NCBI GenBank assembly: GCA_050575255.1
Contig: JBNZDD010013687.1
Coordinates: 3,447,377-3,511,376 of the forward strand
Source of the DNA: Harriotta raleighana
Taxonomy: Eukaryota
DNA: 64,000 nucleotides
Direction of reading: 5' to 3'
Below are positions 14,721 to 28,986 of the stretch, one piece after another. The stretch's first letter is position 1. Every line of letters begins with the position of its first letter. Below the pieces are notes generated by a model. It did no database searches. It worked only from the letters and a program-made list of their open reading frames with translations, and was not told the origin of the DNA. Both the position numbers and the translations under genes were made by a program.

Positions 14721-17700
14721 ACTGCAGCATCATACATCAAGCTGTAAACCCCCAGTAAACTGAAACCTAGAATCCGCTTTGGAGTTTATGCTCCTGCAAC
14801 TCTGACCTCATAGCCCAATGAAAGATTGACATTAGAAGGGTGAGTTTTCAGCTCAGGATGAGATTAGTGTGACCAATTCAGTAGTGTCATGTGGCATTTC
14901 TTCTACTTTAAGCTTTACAGTATATACAAGGAACATTTGTGTCCTTCTTAGCTCCATGCTGAAAGACAAATGTAGCAACTGATTTGTGGAAGAAGATTAA
15001 GCACACTTGGTATTTTCTAAAGCTTGTCTAGTGGCACATGCTTTTTAATGTATTCTCTTGCGTACTGTAAATCTATATTATAAATCTTTACCAAATGTTA
15101 AGGAGAAAATATATTACTTTGGGAGCTGGGGGTTACATGGAACATACATCAAAATTATTACAAAGGGAAATCCACATGGAAAGTATTCATCTTGCTACTT
15201 TTAAAGGGCATTTTGTTGTTGTTCTGAAGTGTTGTCTGATGAGCCTTTGAAAACTCCAAAATGCTTTTAAATGCTATTTGTTCACTGGCAAAGAAATTAA
15301 GACAAATCTGTGGTAGATTTGTGAGAAAAAATTGTTTAAAGGGCAAAGTGGTAGAAGATAAGATGTTATTTTGCTTATTTTTGCCTGTCTGAATATATCA
15401 CTCCAAATAGGATTTGAATAGCAAGAAATGTTGATTCTGATTGGGTTAAATAGTCCCATTTTAATAAGGATATTTGTAAGACAGTATCCATAACAGCTCT
15501 CAAAAGTCTTTTCAGACATAAAACAGTCACATCTGGAATGTTGACGTTCAAAATATAATTGGAGACAGAGGAAAGTCTAAACATAATATCCCAGGAAAAA
15601 AACGTGCAGTCCCTGATCTTAGAAAGATTAAAAGAATCATCAAGGATGGAGAAAGGACAATGGAAACCATGACATGTCCATCAGTTCATTGTGTCAATTT
15701 CTACAAAAATAAATTTAGGAGATACAAGCACAGCTGTCAGATTTTAAGAAGAAAACAGAAGGTCTGTGAAAATCTGTGTTTTTTAGGTTAAGTATTTGCA
15801 TGTTCCATGAGGCAGATAGATACAGATGCAGAAAATGTGGGTGATGTTGAATTCATTAAGTTTTGGATGATGTCAATAATGCCAAGAGAATAGATTTCTA
15901 TTGCTATAGAACAAGGGGAAATTTAAGTTTGAGAGGAGAAACCACTATCTGGGCCAAGCTGACTATATGAAAGTCAGATGCATGATTTTTAAAGCAAGTT
16001 TGGTATTCCAACAAAAACTGCAAAGAGCTGGAGAGAGAGAAAAAAAGAATTAACCAATAAGTGATTTGATTTTAATGGTACATAGCTTGCAAGAAGAAGG
16101 GATTGAGGGAGTTCCAGTCTAAATCATAGGGATCTCTGAATTCTTGTTAGCTTGTTTGTAGAGTAAATTTGTTACTGAAAAAATCTTAACATTCTGATAG
16201 AAGTAATGAATATTAATTCAGCTAATTCAGGAATATAAATCTGTAGCATATTCATTTCCATTTATATTTAAATTATTTCACGAGGATTTCACAGAACCCA
16301 CTAAGCTTGCCTGAGAGAATGAGAAGCATACAGCTCTCATTCATATATGTAACTTTCATAATACAGTAACAAACTTGTTACACTACTATGTTGTACTATA
16401 AAAAGTATTATAGAAACAAACTTGTTTTAGATAAGAGTTTCAAAACATTGATGCTTTTTGGTTTTTAGGCAGCTACTGCAACAGAAACCAAAAGCAATCT
16501 GCAAGTGATAATAACTTCTTAGTACAAATTAAAGCTTTTAAAGTCCAGTGATACATATGTGAAATATAAATGGTTCAGTTCAAGTTTTTTTTAAAATTAG
16601 TTGCAAAACTTTAGCAAAACTAAGATCTTGTACCACTGGTCTGTAATGCAGTAAAAACCTTTGTAGTTTTTATTAAAAGAATAATGATTCAAAAAAGGTC
16701 ATTATTGAGAAATTGTTACAAATTATTTCCTGCATCTTAACATTTAAATTGGCTACAGGCTTGTAAATAAGATGCTTAGGTTGATATAGTGCAGCTGATA
16801 TAAAGAAAATGACATGACCAATATTGAGCACAACTACCCACTTTACGGCATATTTGCAATCAAAAAATAAATCTTTATTAAGAAGATTAGGAAAATTATA
16901 ATTCTAAGTGCCTTTTAATGTCAGAATGAATGGTATCCATCACAGCAATTGAGATGAGGTATATTTCAGTACCACAGTACAGTACATCTATTAATGAAAG
17001 ATGGCTATCTTAGCATAACAGAGTACACAACTGAAAATGCATTGCGTCAATGTGTTTTTAAAATCCCTTCAATAAAACTGTCTTCATTCTTTGTACTTAA
17101 CTCAGAAAAAATGATTTCCTCACTTATAGTGCATTTTCTCCTTCCTCACTAATGTATTTGCTTAGCCTTCTTACTAGGTTTTCAATCCTGGGTGACTTAC
17201 TTAAAGCTTATACAGCATCACGTGTAATGTTCAGCTAACAAAACTATTATTTTTCATTAAACTAACAGAATGCAGCAATACAGATATTGAGGCAGTATTT
17301 ATGACGTGATTATCAGTATAGAAAATCCCCTCAGCCTCCATTAGTAAGTCTTGCATAGTTTATATTTAAATAACTTGAGAAATACTTTCGAGCACAACAG
17401 TATGTTTCTTTCACTAATGCAGTGAAGCCAAAAATAAATGGCAAGAAGATAAATGGGCCGGTTTGGAGAAAATTAGAAATGCTTTCTCTCTTGACGCACA
17501 ATATATTATCCATTATTGGCCATATCAGTGCTCCTGTCCATTTTCTTATTAGCAGCTGTTTTGACAGATAGATTTTAAAACAATATTGATCTGACTTTTT
17601 GGTGCCTTGACGTGACAGGAAAAAATGTGTAATTGTGAATAACAATAATGCATTGAATCAATTTTCCCTATACCTACACCATTTTATAAACAGCTGTTGG

Positions 17701-17869
17701 CATTGCCTTCACAGTAAAGCAGAGGACTGAGATGTTTCAGTTTTACTGTTGTACAGATTTTAACATTTGTCATTTCTTGATCTCATGATTAATCCAGGCA
17801 GGGGGCGAAACCTTGGGCAAGTTTCCATATTCCACATGCCTAATAATAATCCTTCAAAAAAACAATAAT

Positions 17870-18043
17870 AAATTGGTCATTTCAATCCATGACTGTTTGT
17901 GAAACATTGCTGTGCACAATTGGCTGCCACATTTCGCCCACAAATATATACAGTCAATTCATTCTCTGTATACTCTGTAAACTGCTTTGAGACACCTAGA
18001 AGACGTGAAAAGCACTATATCAAATGCAAGGATTATTATTATT
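17870..18043 (+). mobile_element. SINE 3' part with (TTA)n tail
   Basis: gctgtgcacaattggctgcc...cagtcaattca...gacgtgaaaagcactatatcaaatgcaaggattattattatta. Confidence 0.75.
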
Positions 18044-18384
18044 AAGAACTCAAAGTATATTCCTGTATTATTTAAATTACATTATTTCATATTATATGCA
18101 CACACGTTTAGTTCTTTTTCATCATCCAGCTCATCTTTTGTTAGATTACTAATGTATTACTTTTAAATATAGATTTTTTTAGTATAAGTACAGTAAAATT
18201 TGGTTCATATCAGATAATAGTATAATTTGGGTTTTTGAATAGAATTTAGAAATCTAAAATCATTTGCAAGCTGAATGTAAGAATATAGAATGGCTAATTG
18301 AAAGGTGAAAAATTGGGTTTATCAAATAATTTATTGGTATAAAACTAAGTCTGAATAAAGGGATAGTCCCAAATTACAACCTTC

Positions 18385-18517
18385 TGTGTGCAATTGGCTA
18401 TATGTTTTACCCACAAAATATATAGTCAATTCACTTTCAAGTATATGCTGTGAAGCGCTTTGGGACATCTTGAAGACATGATATGGTGCTACATCAAATG
18501 CAAGGACTATTATTATT
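18385..18517 (+). mobile_element. SINE 3' part with (TTA)n tail
   Basis: tgtgaagcgctttgggacatcttgaagac...atcaaatgcaaggactattattatt, same family as 17870-18043. Confidence 0.75.
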
Positions 18518-18653
18518 CTACAGTAAAGCGTCCTCTTCTCCTCCATCCCTCCATCGCCTCATTCCCCAGAGAGGCCGCTGGCAATTAGTCAGTTAGCTTT
18601 GTGTGAGTGAGGATGTGTCTGATTAGAGAATTTCCATTCTTGTGAACTAAGCG

Positions 18654-19383
18654 ATTAAGATTACTAACAGAAATCTTTTGTTTTGAGGATCTGAGAAGGA
18701 CACATTACATTTTAAATTGCGAGATACATGTCATATCCCATGCTTGCTGTGGAGGGATAATGTCTCCTTAGAGGCTGCCTGGCTTAAGCTCCGGGAGCTG
18801 GGTTTCCTCTTCCGTTTCGTCTGGTTAAATGAATAGTTTGGTTAATTGAATAATTTTCGTTGTCAAACTGAGTATTCAACTAACAGGATTTCACTGGACT
18901 TTAAAACCACAAAAAAGTCACTTTCATCAATTTATGTTGATAATAGACACTTTATCCATTTTGTTTCTTAAGCAAAATACCTTTTTCTCATGGATAAATG
19001 CATCTTGTAATGTGGCATTGAGCCATACTGTTTAGGAAGCTCTCGGGTTTAATCCTTGGTTGGAATGACCAAATATGAACTAGAATTGCTGCGGAAATGT
19101 TGCAATTGGCCTCAGTTTCCCCGAGCTGGGGTTAGCGATGGGAGAGAATTCTTGTTCTCAATTGCTATCTAGTAGTCCTTACATAGAAGACATCTCCGAG
19201 ATAACTTGTCTTGTCAACAAGCAGATAAGAAGTTGAGTGATTAATAAATAAGACCCACATCATTTTTGCAGGCAATTAAGACTACTTACAGAAATGTGTT
19301 GTTTTGAGGACCAGAGATGTACTCATTATATTTTAAGATGCAAGATACATTTTAGATTCTATGGTTGTTGTGGTGGGATTATG
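18654..19383 (+). repeat. 109-bp direct repeat pair (18654-18762 and 19275-19383)
   Basis: Gapless manual alignment, 87/109 identical. Confidence 0.85.
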
Positions 19384-22300
19384 CTGCAATTGTCCTGTTG
19401 TGGAAACGCCATCACATAATAGGAGAAAAGGAGTTCACAATGGTTTTACTGGTATAACTACTTCAAATCAAAAGTATGATGCATTTTCTACACATCTCTT
19501 TTATTGCAACAAGCCTTTTAGTACAAACAACATGTAGTTGGAGATTTTGAAATTCTGTTGAATGATATTTTACTTTTATTCTGTATTTAGGGAAAAGCTA
19601 AAGTATGTTTCTTAACTGCAAAATATGCACCCCTTTCAGTGTCAGTGCTAAAGATATTCTTTTTCTGGTTGTAAAGATTGTAAACTGTAAAAGGTACATT
19701 TTCCTTTACCCCTATTCTACTAAACTTTGCTTTCCACTTTAGTTACCATGGATGAGAAGGGAAAGAGCAGAATAATAATAAGTATACCAAGCCTATTTTT
19801 GCTGCTAGCAGTCTCTGATTCTTATAATATTCTAATTAAAATAAATCATTTATTCTCTTTTATTAAGCTTTTTTTGCAGCTACATTGCTTTAGTTCTTAC
19901 CAAAGCACAGAATGATTATGCACAAATAATTGCAGATTCCCAAAATACATAAAACTGAAAATTAACTACTAAATAGTAATATACTGTAAATTGTATTGCG
20001 CATCTTTAAATCTAAAATGATTTGCAGTAACAATGTTTCAAAACAAATCCTATTTCCAAGCAGCTTTCAAGAATAGTCTTGTAGGTTACTGTTGGCTGAG
20101 CATACATGGCTGAAAATTTTAAAACAGCAATTCCATACAGCAGGGATGATTAAAGACAGGTGCCAGGCAGAAGTAATTTAAAAGGCCTTAGTTTTAAATA
20201 CCTGAATAAAAAGGATGGTTTAATATTTGGAACTTATTTAAAGTAAGATTTTTTTTCTATTTAAAAACCAGAATTTTTTAAAGAAGACTTCTGGGTAAGG
20301 AATGCCAAATGTATTCCTACATCTGTACATACCTATGCAAAGAAAAGAATGGATACTTTTGACGGAGTTGTTGACAAAGCTTAACTTTTTGTGCGGACGA
20401 GAATATAATAAAATTGTCTTGCAAAGGAAAAGCTCTTTGTAACTGTAGATAGAACTGCTTTTGCCCGTGTTGTGGAGATATCTAACATGCACAAAGATAT
20501 GTGTGTGTGTATGTATGTGTAATGAAGATGCGATAAGTGCAGAGACTGACCGAAGATAAGGATAATAATGTAAATGAAGCAAGTGATGAGATGTGAAGCA
20601 CAGAAGCATTTGTGCAGGTACTGAAAGAGCATGAGGAAACTCAACAAACTAATATATTCTGTTGGTGGTGAAGATCAAGTTAATTAAGTCATTGAGCAAG
20701 TCAATATGTGAGTTAGAAAAGGATGACAAGATACAGTCTCAGGGTGGGAAATAGTACAGAAAGTGGATGGTCAGGATACAGAAGGGTAAATTATGGTAAT
20801 GGAGAGACAATAGTCAGATTTGCGGACTGTGAATTATACAGATATTTTAACATTAAACTGGCCATTTCCAGCATTCCAAAGGATAAGGGAGGGATACTAA
20901 GGAAGGTTCAATGGCATAACATTTGTGTGTGGGTGTGGGGTGGGGGTGTAGGATGGGTGGTTAATTCAGTTGGGGGTATTGCATTTGAAATAAATAATGT
21001 GACAAAGGGCCTGAGGAACTTTAGATAATTATGCATGGTTCGTGTGCAGGTTTAAGCCAAAAAATGAAAAGTGTGATTGCATGGAAAGAATGAGGAGGAC
21101 AACTGACTTCAAGCAGTGTTTCCTAAAAGATGTGTGCAGGAGGAAATTCAATTTTGGGATAAGTGGGAAACTATTTTAGATAGAAATAACTTTTGCAGAA
21201 AGATTGGTTTTCAAATAACCAAATGAGGAGCTTAGCTGTTGGCAAGAATATCAATATAAAGTATCAATTCTGATTCGTTTAAACTGGATTTGGGATAAGT
21301 GAGAATATTTTGGTATATAAGAATGAACTGAAGCCTGTAGATAGTCAGGAGGAGATGGAAGAGGTTGTTAACAGTGGAAAAAGGAAATTAAAAATACATG
21401 CAGTATTAAAAATAAAGATACACGCAGCCAGTGAAATTATTGACATTTAAAACAGGAGTCATAAAAAGCACTAGAAATAAAAGACAAGCAGAGGGAAGTG
21501 AAAATCCTCTAGCGATTTCATAAAGATTTCTTCAGTGATTTTTTAATACAGTAAATAAGGCAGAATACTAGAGCAGAAGCTATATTAGATTTAGTGGTTA
21601 GAAGCATTAGCACTGATTACTTTCACGGAAGTGGCTGAACTCTTAAGACTTCAGTGATCGGTGTACAGTTAAACTAGATACTGCATTAAAGAGCAAGACC
21701 AATATAAAAATATAAAGATGCATAACTTCAAGAATCCAATCTTTGGAACTACGTGAAGTGCTCTAGTAATGATAAAGGGGAAAGAGAACCTCAATATATA
21801 AGACATCAAATAAGAAATGTGGAAAATGAAACACATTTATATGGGAGAAGAATAGAAACCTAGCACGATCAAAACCACAATGGCTGGATAAAGAGGTCAA
21901 ACGTAACCTAAAGGTCAAATTGAAATATCTTAAAAGAAAAAAAATGTTAGTACTGGAGACATATCATTCTGCATTTATACAGGGCTCTGTGCAATGATTC
22001 AACAAAGAAGTGGAGCATAAATGCTGTTTGAGGTCACATGCCAAAACTATCTTGAGGAGGTGATTTTGTCAGGAAATCAATTCACTGCAATCCAAATGTA
22101 GTCAGTGCAAATTGATTCAGTCCCCTTTCAAATATGCTCTTTTTTAAGTTCTTAGACAGTTCTAAGGACTTAAATAGGCTTTATTTAATATTATTAAAGA
22201 ACTGGATGCAAAAAGGAATATAAGAGGAAGTGAGAAGGAAATAGAAAGCATTATGTAGTGATTAGCATTCCAAAATATATTTCAACTATGTTCGAAGTGG

Positions 22301-23045
22301 ATTATGTGTGTTAGATAGATCCTTTTAAGGTATAAGTCAGCAAGAGGTAAAAAGATGCAGAGAAGATGCATGTTATATAGATTTGTTTTTACAAATTAAG
22401 ACTGGTTAAATTCCAGTCCCAGTTATTTTAGTTTTCAGTAATTTTTAACACAGGTGGATATTTCTACAACTTGTTTAGGCGGTATTCATGTAAAATAGCA
22501 ACTCTATTTTACTCAAGTCTAGGAATCTTCATATTTCATACAAAATTCATTAAAAGATAATTCTAAACTCTCTTATAAAAGGAGAAAACACTTGTGAGAA
22601 AATACTGGATACACAGTTTTTAGCAAAGTACAGTACTATAATACAATATAGTAGCTTGGATAGCTAAAATAAGCTTTTTGTGTCATGCTGTTGTTCTATA
22701 ACATAGATGAAAGTCAAAAGAAGTTCATGCAATCACCTTCCACCATCCTGTTAGTCACGACATATTGTATCACTGAGATATTATTTTCTAACATAAATCT
22801 GTCTAATTTGTTCTTGAAACAAACAACACTTTCTGCTTCCACATTCTACAATTGGATGCATTTGTTTTATATGCTTATTTGGTTTAATTTATAAGATACA
22901 ATACAAAATGCAAAATGCTCACTTTATTGCTTTATCAAATGCTGCGTGATTCAGTGGCAAAAAAAGCCCTAGTATGCCCTGGTGCAAGAATAATACAGTA
23001 TTGGGGCTCAATTCCCGATTAGAAAATCAAAACAGATAAAGTACA

Positions 23046-23454
23046 TGTAAGAATATGTGTGTTTAAAGTTGGACACACAAAGAGTATCCAATCCAATAGA
23101 TAAGAGTTTAGAGACCCCACACCAAGCAAACCAGTGACCTCCAGGATTCAACGACACCTCAGGCCGAGACCATCTTGTGACAAGCTTAGGTTTGTGACCC
23201 CGGCTTCTGAAGTTTGAGTATCACACCCACGTTTTCCAACCAACACATCAGTAGATAGATCAATCAGTTATGGACCCCAGCACACCACACTTTCCCCCCC
23301 AACCAACCCAGATCATTCACAGACTTCAGAAATCCCCTCTCACTGATTTGCACATCCCAGGATCACCATCCCAATCATCTGCAAGATACCCACCCGACCA
23401 AATTCATTGGCCTTGGGTGGCGTAGAAATAAGAATGTTTTGATTTATTCTTACA
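23046..23454. mobile_element. Solo-LTR-like element
   Basis: Begins TGTAAGAATA and ends TATTCTTACA (perfect 10-bp inverted termini, TG...CA). 409 bp, more GC-rich than its flanks. No clear target-site duplication. Confidence 0.45.
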
Positions 23455-24284
23455 ATAAGGCTGCTTGCTGTGCAAAGAGGTATTCACCCTCAGGTAAGTT
23501 AGGTGGGCTGATAGTAGTCAACAATGTTTTGATGCTCCTCACACACTCATTCCCTTGCACTCTCCAATGGTTTGGGCCCCTAACCTTGTGGGCCATGGTA
23601 CCACTGCAGCAGTGGTACCACTCTTAATATTTAAGAATTTTTATTGTAAGCCTTCATAATAATTGGAATTTTAAAAATCAATAGGTCATCTTGAGTAAAT
23701 AGTCTTTTTTTATATAATGACCTTTCATACTTTTTAAGCGTATCCCTTAATGACACTTTTCAATAAAGGATCTGCTTCTTTCATTCAAAACAGAACTCAG
23801 TGAAAATATTGGATGTTGTTGTCCCCAATGTCAAAGGGAAATACAAATTGATTCTTATATAAAAAAACTGACAAACAGATTTTAAAACATTATAGTACAC
23901 TGAAACTCATTTTTGACTAAATCTGAATTACAAGAAACATTGAATACACAATGTAGGTGTGAATGTGCATATTTGTTGCAATGGAATGGTAATTTTTAAA
24001 AAAAGTAGCTATGTGCTATAGCATGAAAATGAATTTCAGCAAAAAGGAGTTCTGTGTTCTCTACCATCTTTTTACATTAAGAAATACTTTTCAATACTTT
24101 GCTTGAAAAAGTTTCTCAACATTTTGGCTTTAACATATGTTTTACCATGGGAACATAATATTTCCTCATATCTGTATTGGAACTTTTTTTGTTCTGTCAC
24201 AGAAGTCTGAGCAATATCTTACAAAATCATACAATTACTTATTTAGTGAACATAAAGTTGGTTAGGGGCAATCCACAGGGCTGC

Positions 24285-24698
24285 ACAATAGTTAACCTGG
24301 TTCGGTTTGAAGCGCTTTTGCCTCTGAGTGACTGGGTTCAAGTTCCATTGGGACTTTGAGCTCTTAATCCAGGCTGAACTGCAATGCAGTGCTTGAGAGA
24401 GTTGCAACAACAACACCAAAATTATATTTGTAATGTGCCTTTCACATCTGGAGGACATCCCAAGGCACTGTCAGTGTTGCATTGTCAGTGTTGCTGTCCT
24501 TCGGATGAGACATTAAACTGAGGTCATGCTTGCCTGCAGAGGTTAACAGCAAAGATCGCAAAACTTTTTGTGGAATGTTGCTGGGTGCAAATTGGCTGTT
24601 GGTTTAGCCTACAAATACACAGTCACTTCACTTTACAGAAATTCACGTGAAGCGCTTTGAGACATCTCAATCACATGATCAGGCAAGAATTATTAATA
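24285..24698 (+). mobile_element. tRNA-derived SINE with Deu-like central domain, interrupted by an antisense LINE tail
   Basis: Head 'ggttcggtttgaagcgcttttgcctctgagtgactgggttcaagt', core 'gtccttcggatgagacattaaactgagg', tail 'gtgaagcgctttgagacatc'. Confidence 0.7.
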
Positions 24699-26187
24699 AC
24701 CTTAATTTACTGCAGGTAGGAGGCTATGTTCTAGGCTAGATTTATTTACAGGACAGCAGTACATGGATCAAAGTTCAAGGCAGGTGACTGTTGGTTAAAA
24801 TGTACACATCTGAAACTTTAAAATAAATAAGAGTTCCCCTTTAAGAAAAGTAGAAGTAGATGGAAATGCATTGCTGCCATAAATTGATTAATACAAGGCC
24901 ATATTTGATAATAAATAGATGTAGGATTTATCATCCATCTTATTTAAAATTCAGAAATGTTAAAGGTATTCTATTCTCTTATTATAGAAATAATGGAATT
25001 CTACCTATTACAGACTTATGGTAATTTAAAATATTGAAAAAATGCAATATATCAACAAATACAATATCTCTATAAAATGTCTTCCTGCTGATGTATAACT
25101 TAATACATTTTGCAAAGGAATCAAGTAATCGTTTTGTAAGCCTTCATTTTGCAGCTGGCTTATGTGGATTGAGAGTTAGTTACCAGGATAATTCTTTGCA
25201 CACTGCAGCCAATAATCCAAATACATACTGCTGATTGAGCTTCCTTGCTTTAGTCCTATCATATAAAACATTGTGTGATCTATTAATTTTATTTTACATA
25301 AACATCGTGCATGTGCATTGAATTTGGTGATTGTTTCACTCTCAGTACTGATACTCAGTTCATTTCTCGTCCAGTGACCTTATCTGAATGATGATTGAAG
25401 TGTTGTACTTTAAATTTGCAATCCAATCATGATTGTGCTTGTAGATTATTTTAGTTATAAAACCTAGTGTAACTTGATTTTCAAAAGGTATCTGCATAAT
25501 TTTTTTAGTCTCAGTTTACCTTAACAAAATTAGGCCGATTTTATTTCTAATAACAAATTGGCTGCATCTTTTGTTTTAAGAAATACGAAAGGACTCATAG
25601 TTGTTTCAATAATAGTTGTGACAATTTCAAATAATCAATTTTAAGGGATATTTGGAAGAAATGTAACAATTCAATTAGCAATGAATGATGTATTTGACTA
25701 CTTCGATAGAGTTACAATTCAACCAACTGAAAATAAACACAACCCATGCCTTTGAATTTTTTTTTTGACAGTTGACAGCTGAATACAGCATTCTAAAACT
25801 CATTGAAAGACTGGCAGAGATAATTTCTCTCCCTGTGTGGAATCACAAACCAATCGTAATAAGTGCTGGTCATTCTTTTATTCCAGAGAAATAATGTGTT
25901 CTTGATTTAACAGAATAAAGTTATTATGCAGAAACTTTTCAAGGAACTCTCACATTCTGATTCATTTACTGGAGCAATAAAATGTTATCAATTAAATTAG
26001 TATGCCTCCATTGGTTTGATTAACCCTGAAACAGGCCCAATGATAACAATTGTGTATGCTTTATTTGGTGAGTTGGCATCATGTATTTGTAGAAGCGTTC
26101 ATTTTTATTATGCCAAATTGTTTTAAGCATATGGGACTGAATTATACAAGATTTTAATTGTCACTAATTTTTATTATTTTCCTTTAG

Positions 26188-26403
26188 TCACTGTGTTCTG
26201 AAATTAAACAACGACGGCGTGGGATAATATCCGTACTGCGTTTATGCCAACGCCTCCTTGATGATACAGATGCCTGCTGTTTGGATGCTGATCGCCAGTC
26301 AATGCAACTTATTATTGTGAACCTGGAGAGAAGATGGGAAGCGATTATCATGCAAGCAGTGCAATGGCAGAACAGACTGCAAAGGCAACTTGGGAAAGAA
26401 AAG
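26188..26403 (+). CDS. AKAP6: AKAP6 internal coding exon (216 nt, phase 0/0), end of the last spectrin-like repeat
   Basis: ttttcctttag|TCA CTG TGT ... GAA AAG|gtaata. Translates SLCSEIKQRRRGIISVLRLCQRLLDD...MQLIIVNLERRWEAIIMQAVQWQNRLQRQLGKEK. Confidence 0.96.
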
Positions 26404-28754
26404 GTAATAATTCACCGTATAACAACAGAGTGTAACAAATGCACCCAAAGTTTGTTTTCCTTTTTTCCCCTCACCAATATGACCGATTCATATATGACCC
26501 ACGCTGCTGTTGGGAGGAGTATGTGTGTGCACCTATGTGTGTGTGTGTTTGGGGGGTGGGTGGGAATTATACCTGGACTAAATCTTTTCCTCATCTGACA
26601 ACTGCATACACCAACCGACCTTCCAGCAGTGGTCACTGGATAACAATTGGTACCTGAGGTTCTGGCCAATTTTCCACTCATTGAAGCCAGTTGTAGATGT
26701 GACTTATTTTTAAAGTCATGCTTCTAGTTCTGCTTTAATGATCAAAGTTAAATGGCAAGCTTACATATTCAATATAAATTCTAAAATAAATAGTAATAGA
26801 AATAATTAAAATAGAAATAAAAATAGAAATTATCAATTTTTGTTGTTAAAAAATGCCTTCCAACTTTTTTTTCCCCATGAGATCAGGTTTATTGTGTAAA
26901 ATTGTCCTCATAGAAGAGCTCTGAGATGTCACCAAATCAAATTTCTCCATTCAGAGCAGCTTTCAGGAACTTGCATTTCATTTATACGATCCACACCTGC
27001 TGCCAAATGATTAACCTGGTGGTACAGCACAAACCTGTCAATTCCTCCAAACAGATGGGTCATTAAAGCCTTCTACCTGCTTAACACATTCCAGTGGTTT
27101 TACTAGTTTCTGTGTAGACTATTGGGTCAGATGCCAAAAAGCATTTTGCTCTCTTCAGACCCCGAGGATATCTTTAAGGATCTTTTCAAGGGCATTGCTA
27201 CTTGTCCACGTTACCAGACCCCATTGTCTTTCTTTTCATACATGAAAACATTCACCATTACTGAAGAGGGAGAAGAGCCAGAAGTGTTTCCAGCGATATC
27301 ATCAGAAAATCAATACAGTTATTTGCAGTACAATGTTTTTTGTTGTGAATTGCATTATCATCTGTGTTTTTGACAAACAAATAAAAAATAAGTTTTTGGA
27401 ACACACATTCTTTTGTTCAGACATCTTTAAAAGATGTAACCAGCATACTCAGACATTTTTTTGAAAAGACTCTAGAGTTTAGATCCAGGTTTATCTTTTT
27501 GTGGTTTGAAAGCACCCGTGTACTAATGCGCCAATGTGAAATCATATCTGTGATCTCAATTTCACCCAATGGAGATTTTGATGGTGCTGAATAGCCTGTC
27601 ACCACAATTAGGGACAATCGTTTTTTTCTAAGCTACGGCTGTCTAAAGGGACTTATTTGATATATTCATTTCAATTTAACTTCTGTTTTTTTCAAAGGAC
27701 AAATACGTGGATGTTTGATGATAACTTCAGACACACAACATTACAAATAATATCACTCTTTGATCTTTTTTGCAGTGGGTCTATTTAAACAATTAATCTC
27801 TAAACACTTACAATTTCTAACATCTGATAGCACATATAGATGTGCAAAATAATTATTATAGTATTATTTTTCATATTTTCTTACAGCAATCTATTCCTTG
27901 CTCTTTAAAACATCCAACTTATGTAAATAGCTGCAGTAGTTACATTATTTATTGTTTGTTTCACACAGAATGCAAGGTCAGCAGGAACATTGTAGAAAAA
28001 AAGTAATGTTTTATTTGATTAAACTGATTGATTGAACTAACAGTTGTGCCTTTTATCATGCAGTAACAAACCAAGTTAGTCATTACTGTTTCCTTTATCA
28101 GCATGCAAATAATAAAACTCAATCTAATAAAAATTCATTAAGGTAGATGTAGAACATACCTAAGCAATTGTTAAATTCTCTTTTCTATTAGATTTACTGT
28201 CTTCACATGGTCATGAGTAGATCTTTTTGCTGTGAATAAACTGAAAAATCAAATAAGCCACTTAATTACTTCCCTAACCATTCTTTCAGAAATACTAGAA
28301 TTTTGTTGTATTTTCCAGAATTAAAATAAGTTGCCTATTAATATTAATCCTGAATGTTAACTTTATCCCAGGGCCCATATTTATTTATTGTGAACTCATA
28401 TTGTATTGCATTACAAAATAATGTTATTTTGTATTTCAATTTATTCAACTATCTTTTTTTTCCAACAATTTCATTCTAATCATACATTAAGTGAGTCAGT
28501 CAGGATTGCAGAGATGTTTAATTCTCTTTGAGTATACTTACTCTATTGGGATGGAAATATTTCTGTTATTAATTGGTCCTTCAATATTTTTTATTAATCA
28601 TATTTCCCTCCAGTCCCCTCCAAACCACCGATGCATTGTTGTGTTATAGTTCCACAAGTGCTGAGTATTCTCTCATACTTCATCTAAGCAGCGAACAGTC
28701 ATGGATTGAGTGACCAAATTCTTCTTACAGTATTTTAAAAAATTATTTATTATT

Positions 28755-28923
28755 TTGAAGGGATCTTTATTCCCAGAAAAGTGATCCACCAATCGACTAA
28801 TAAGCCAGGTCCTACTTACTGCTAGGTAAACAGAGGCGTGTGGAGTTAGGAAACTTGCCCATGGTTTTGCCCTGCCCAGGATTCAAACCCCGGTCCTCTC
28901 TCTTGTGAGGCAAGTGCTCTACT
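28755..28923 (-). mobile_element. tRNA-derived SINE fragment just upstream of the large AKAP6 exon
   Basis: Reverse strand reads agtagagcacttgcctcacaagagagaggaccggggtttgaatcctgggca (tRNA-like head with B box) followed by 'atgggcaagtttcctaac'. Confidence 0.6.
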
Positions 28924-28986
28924 CCATATAGTAAAGGAATACAACAATTTCATCAACTTTAAATATGAATTTTTGATCTTTTATAG

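Noticed and set aside
20700-22300. Purine-rich stretch resembling a decayed CR1 LINE (similar stretches at 15450-16130 and 58450-58570)
   Set aside because: Too degraded to give defensible boundaries or a family call without a repeat library.
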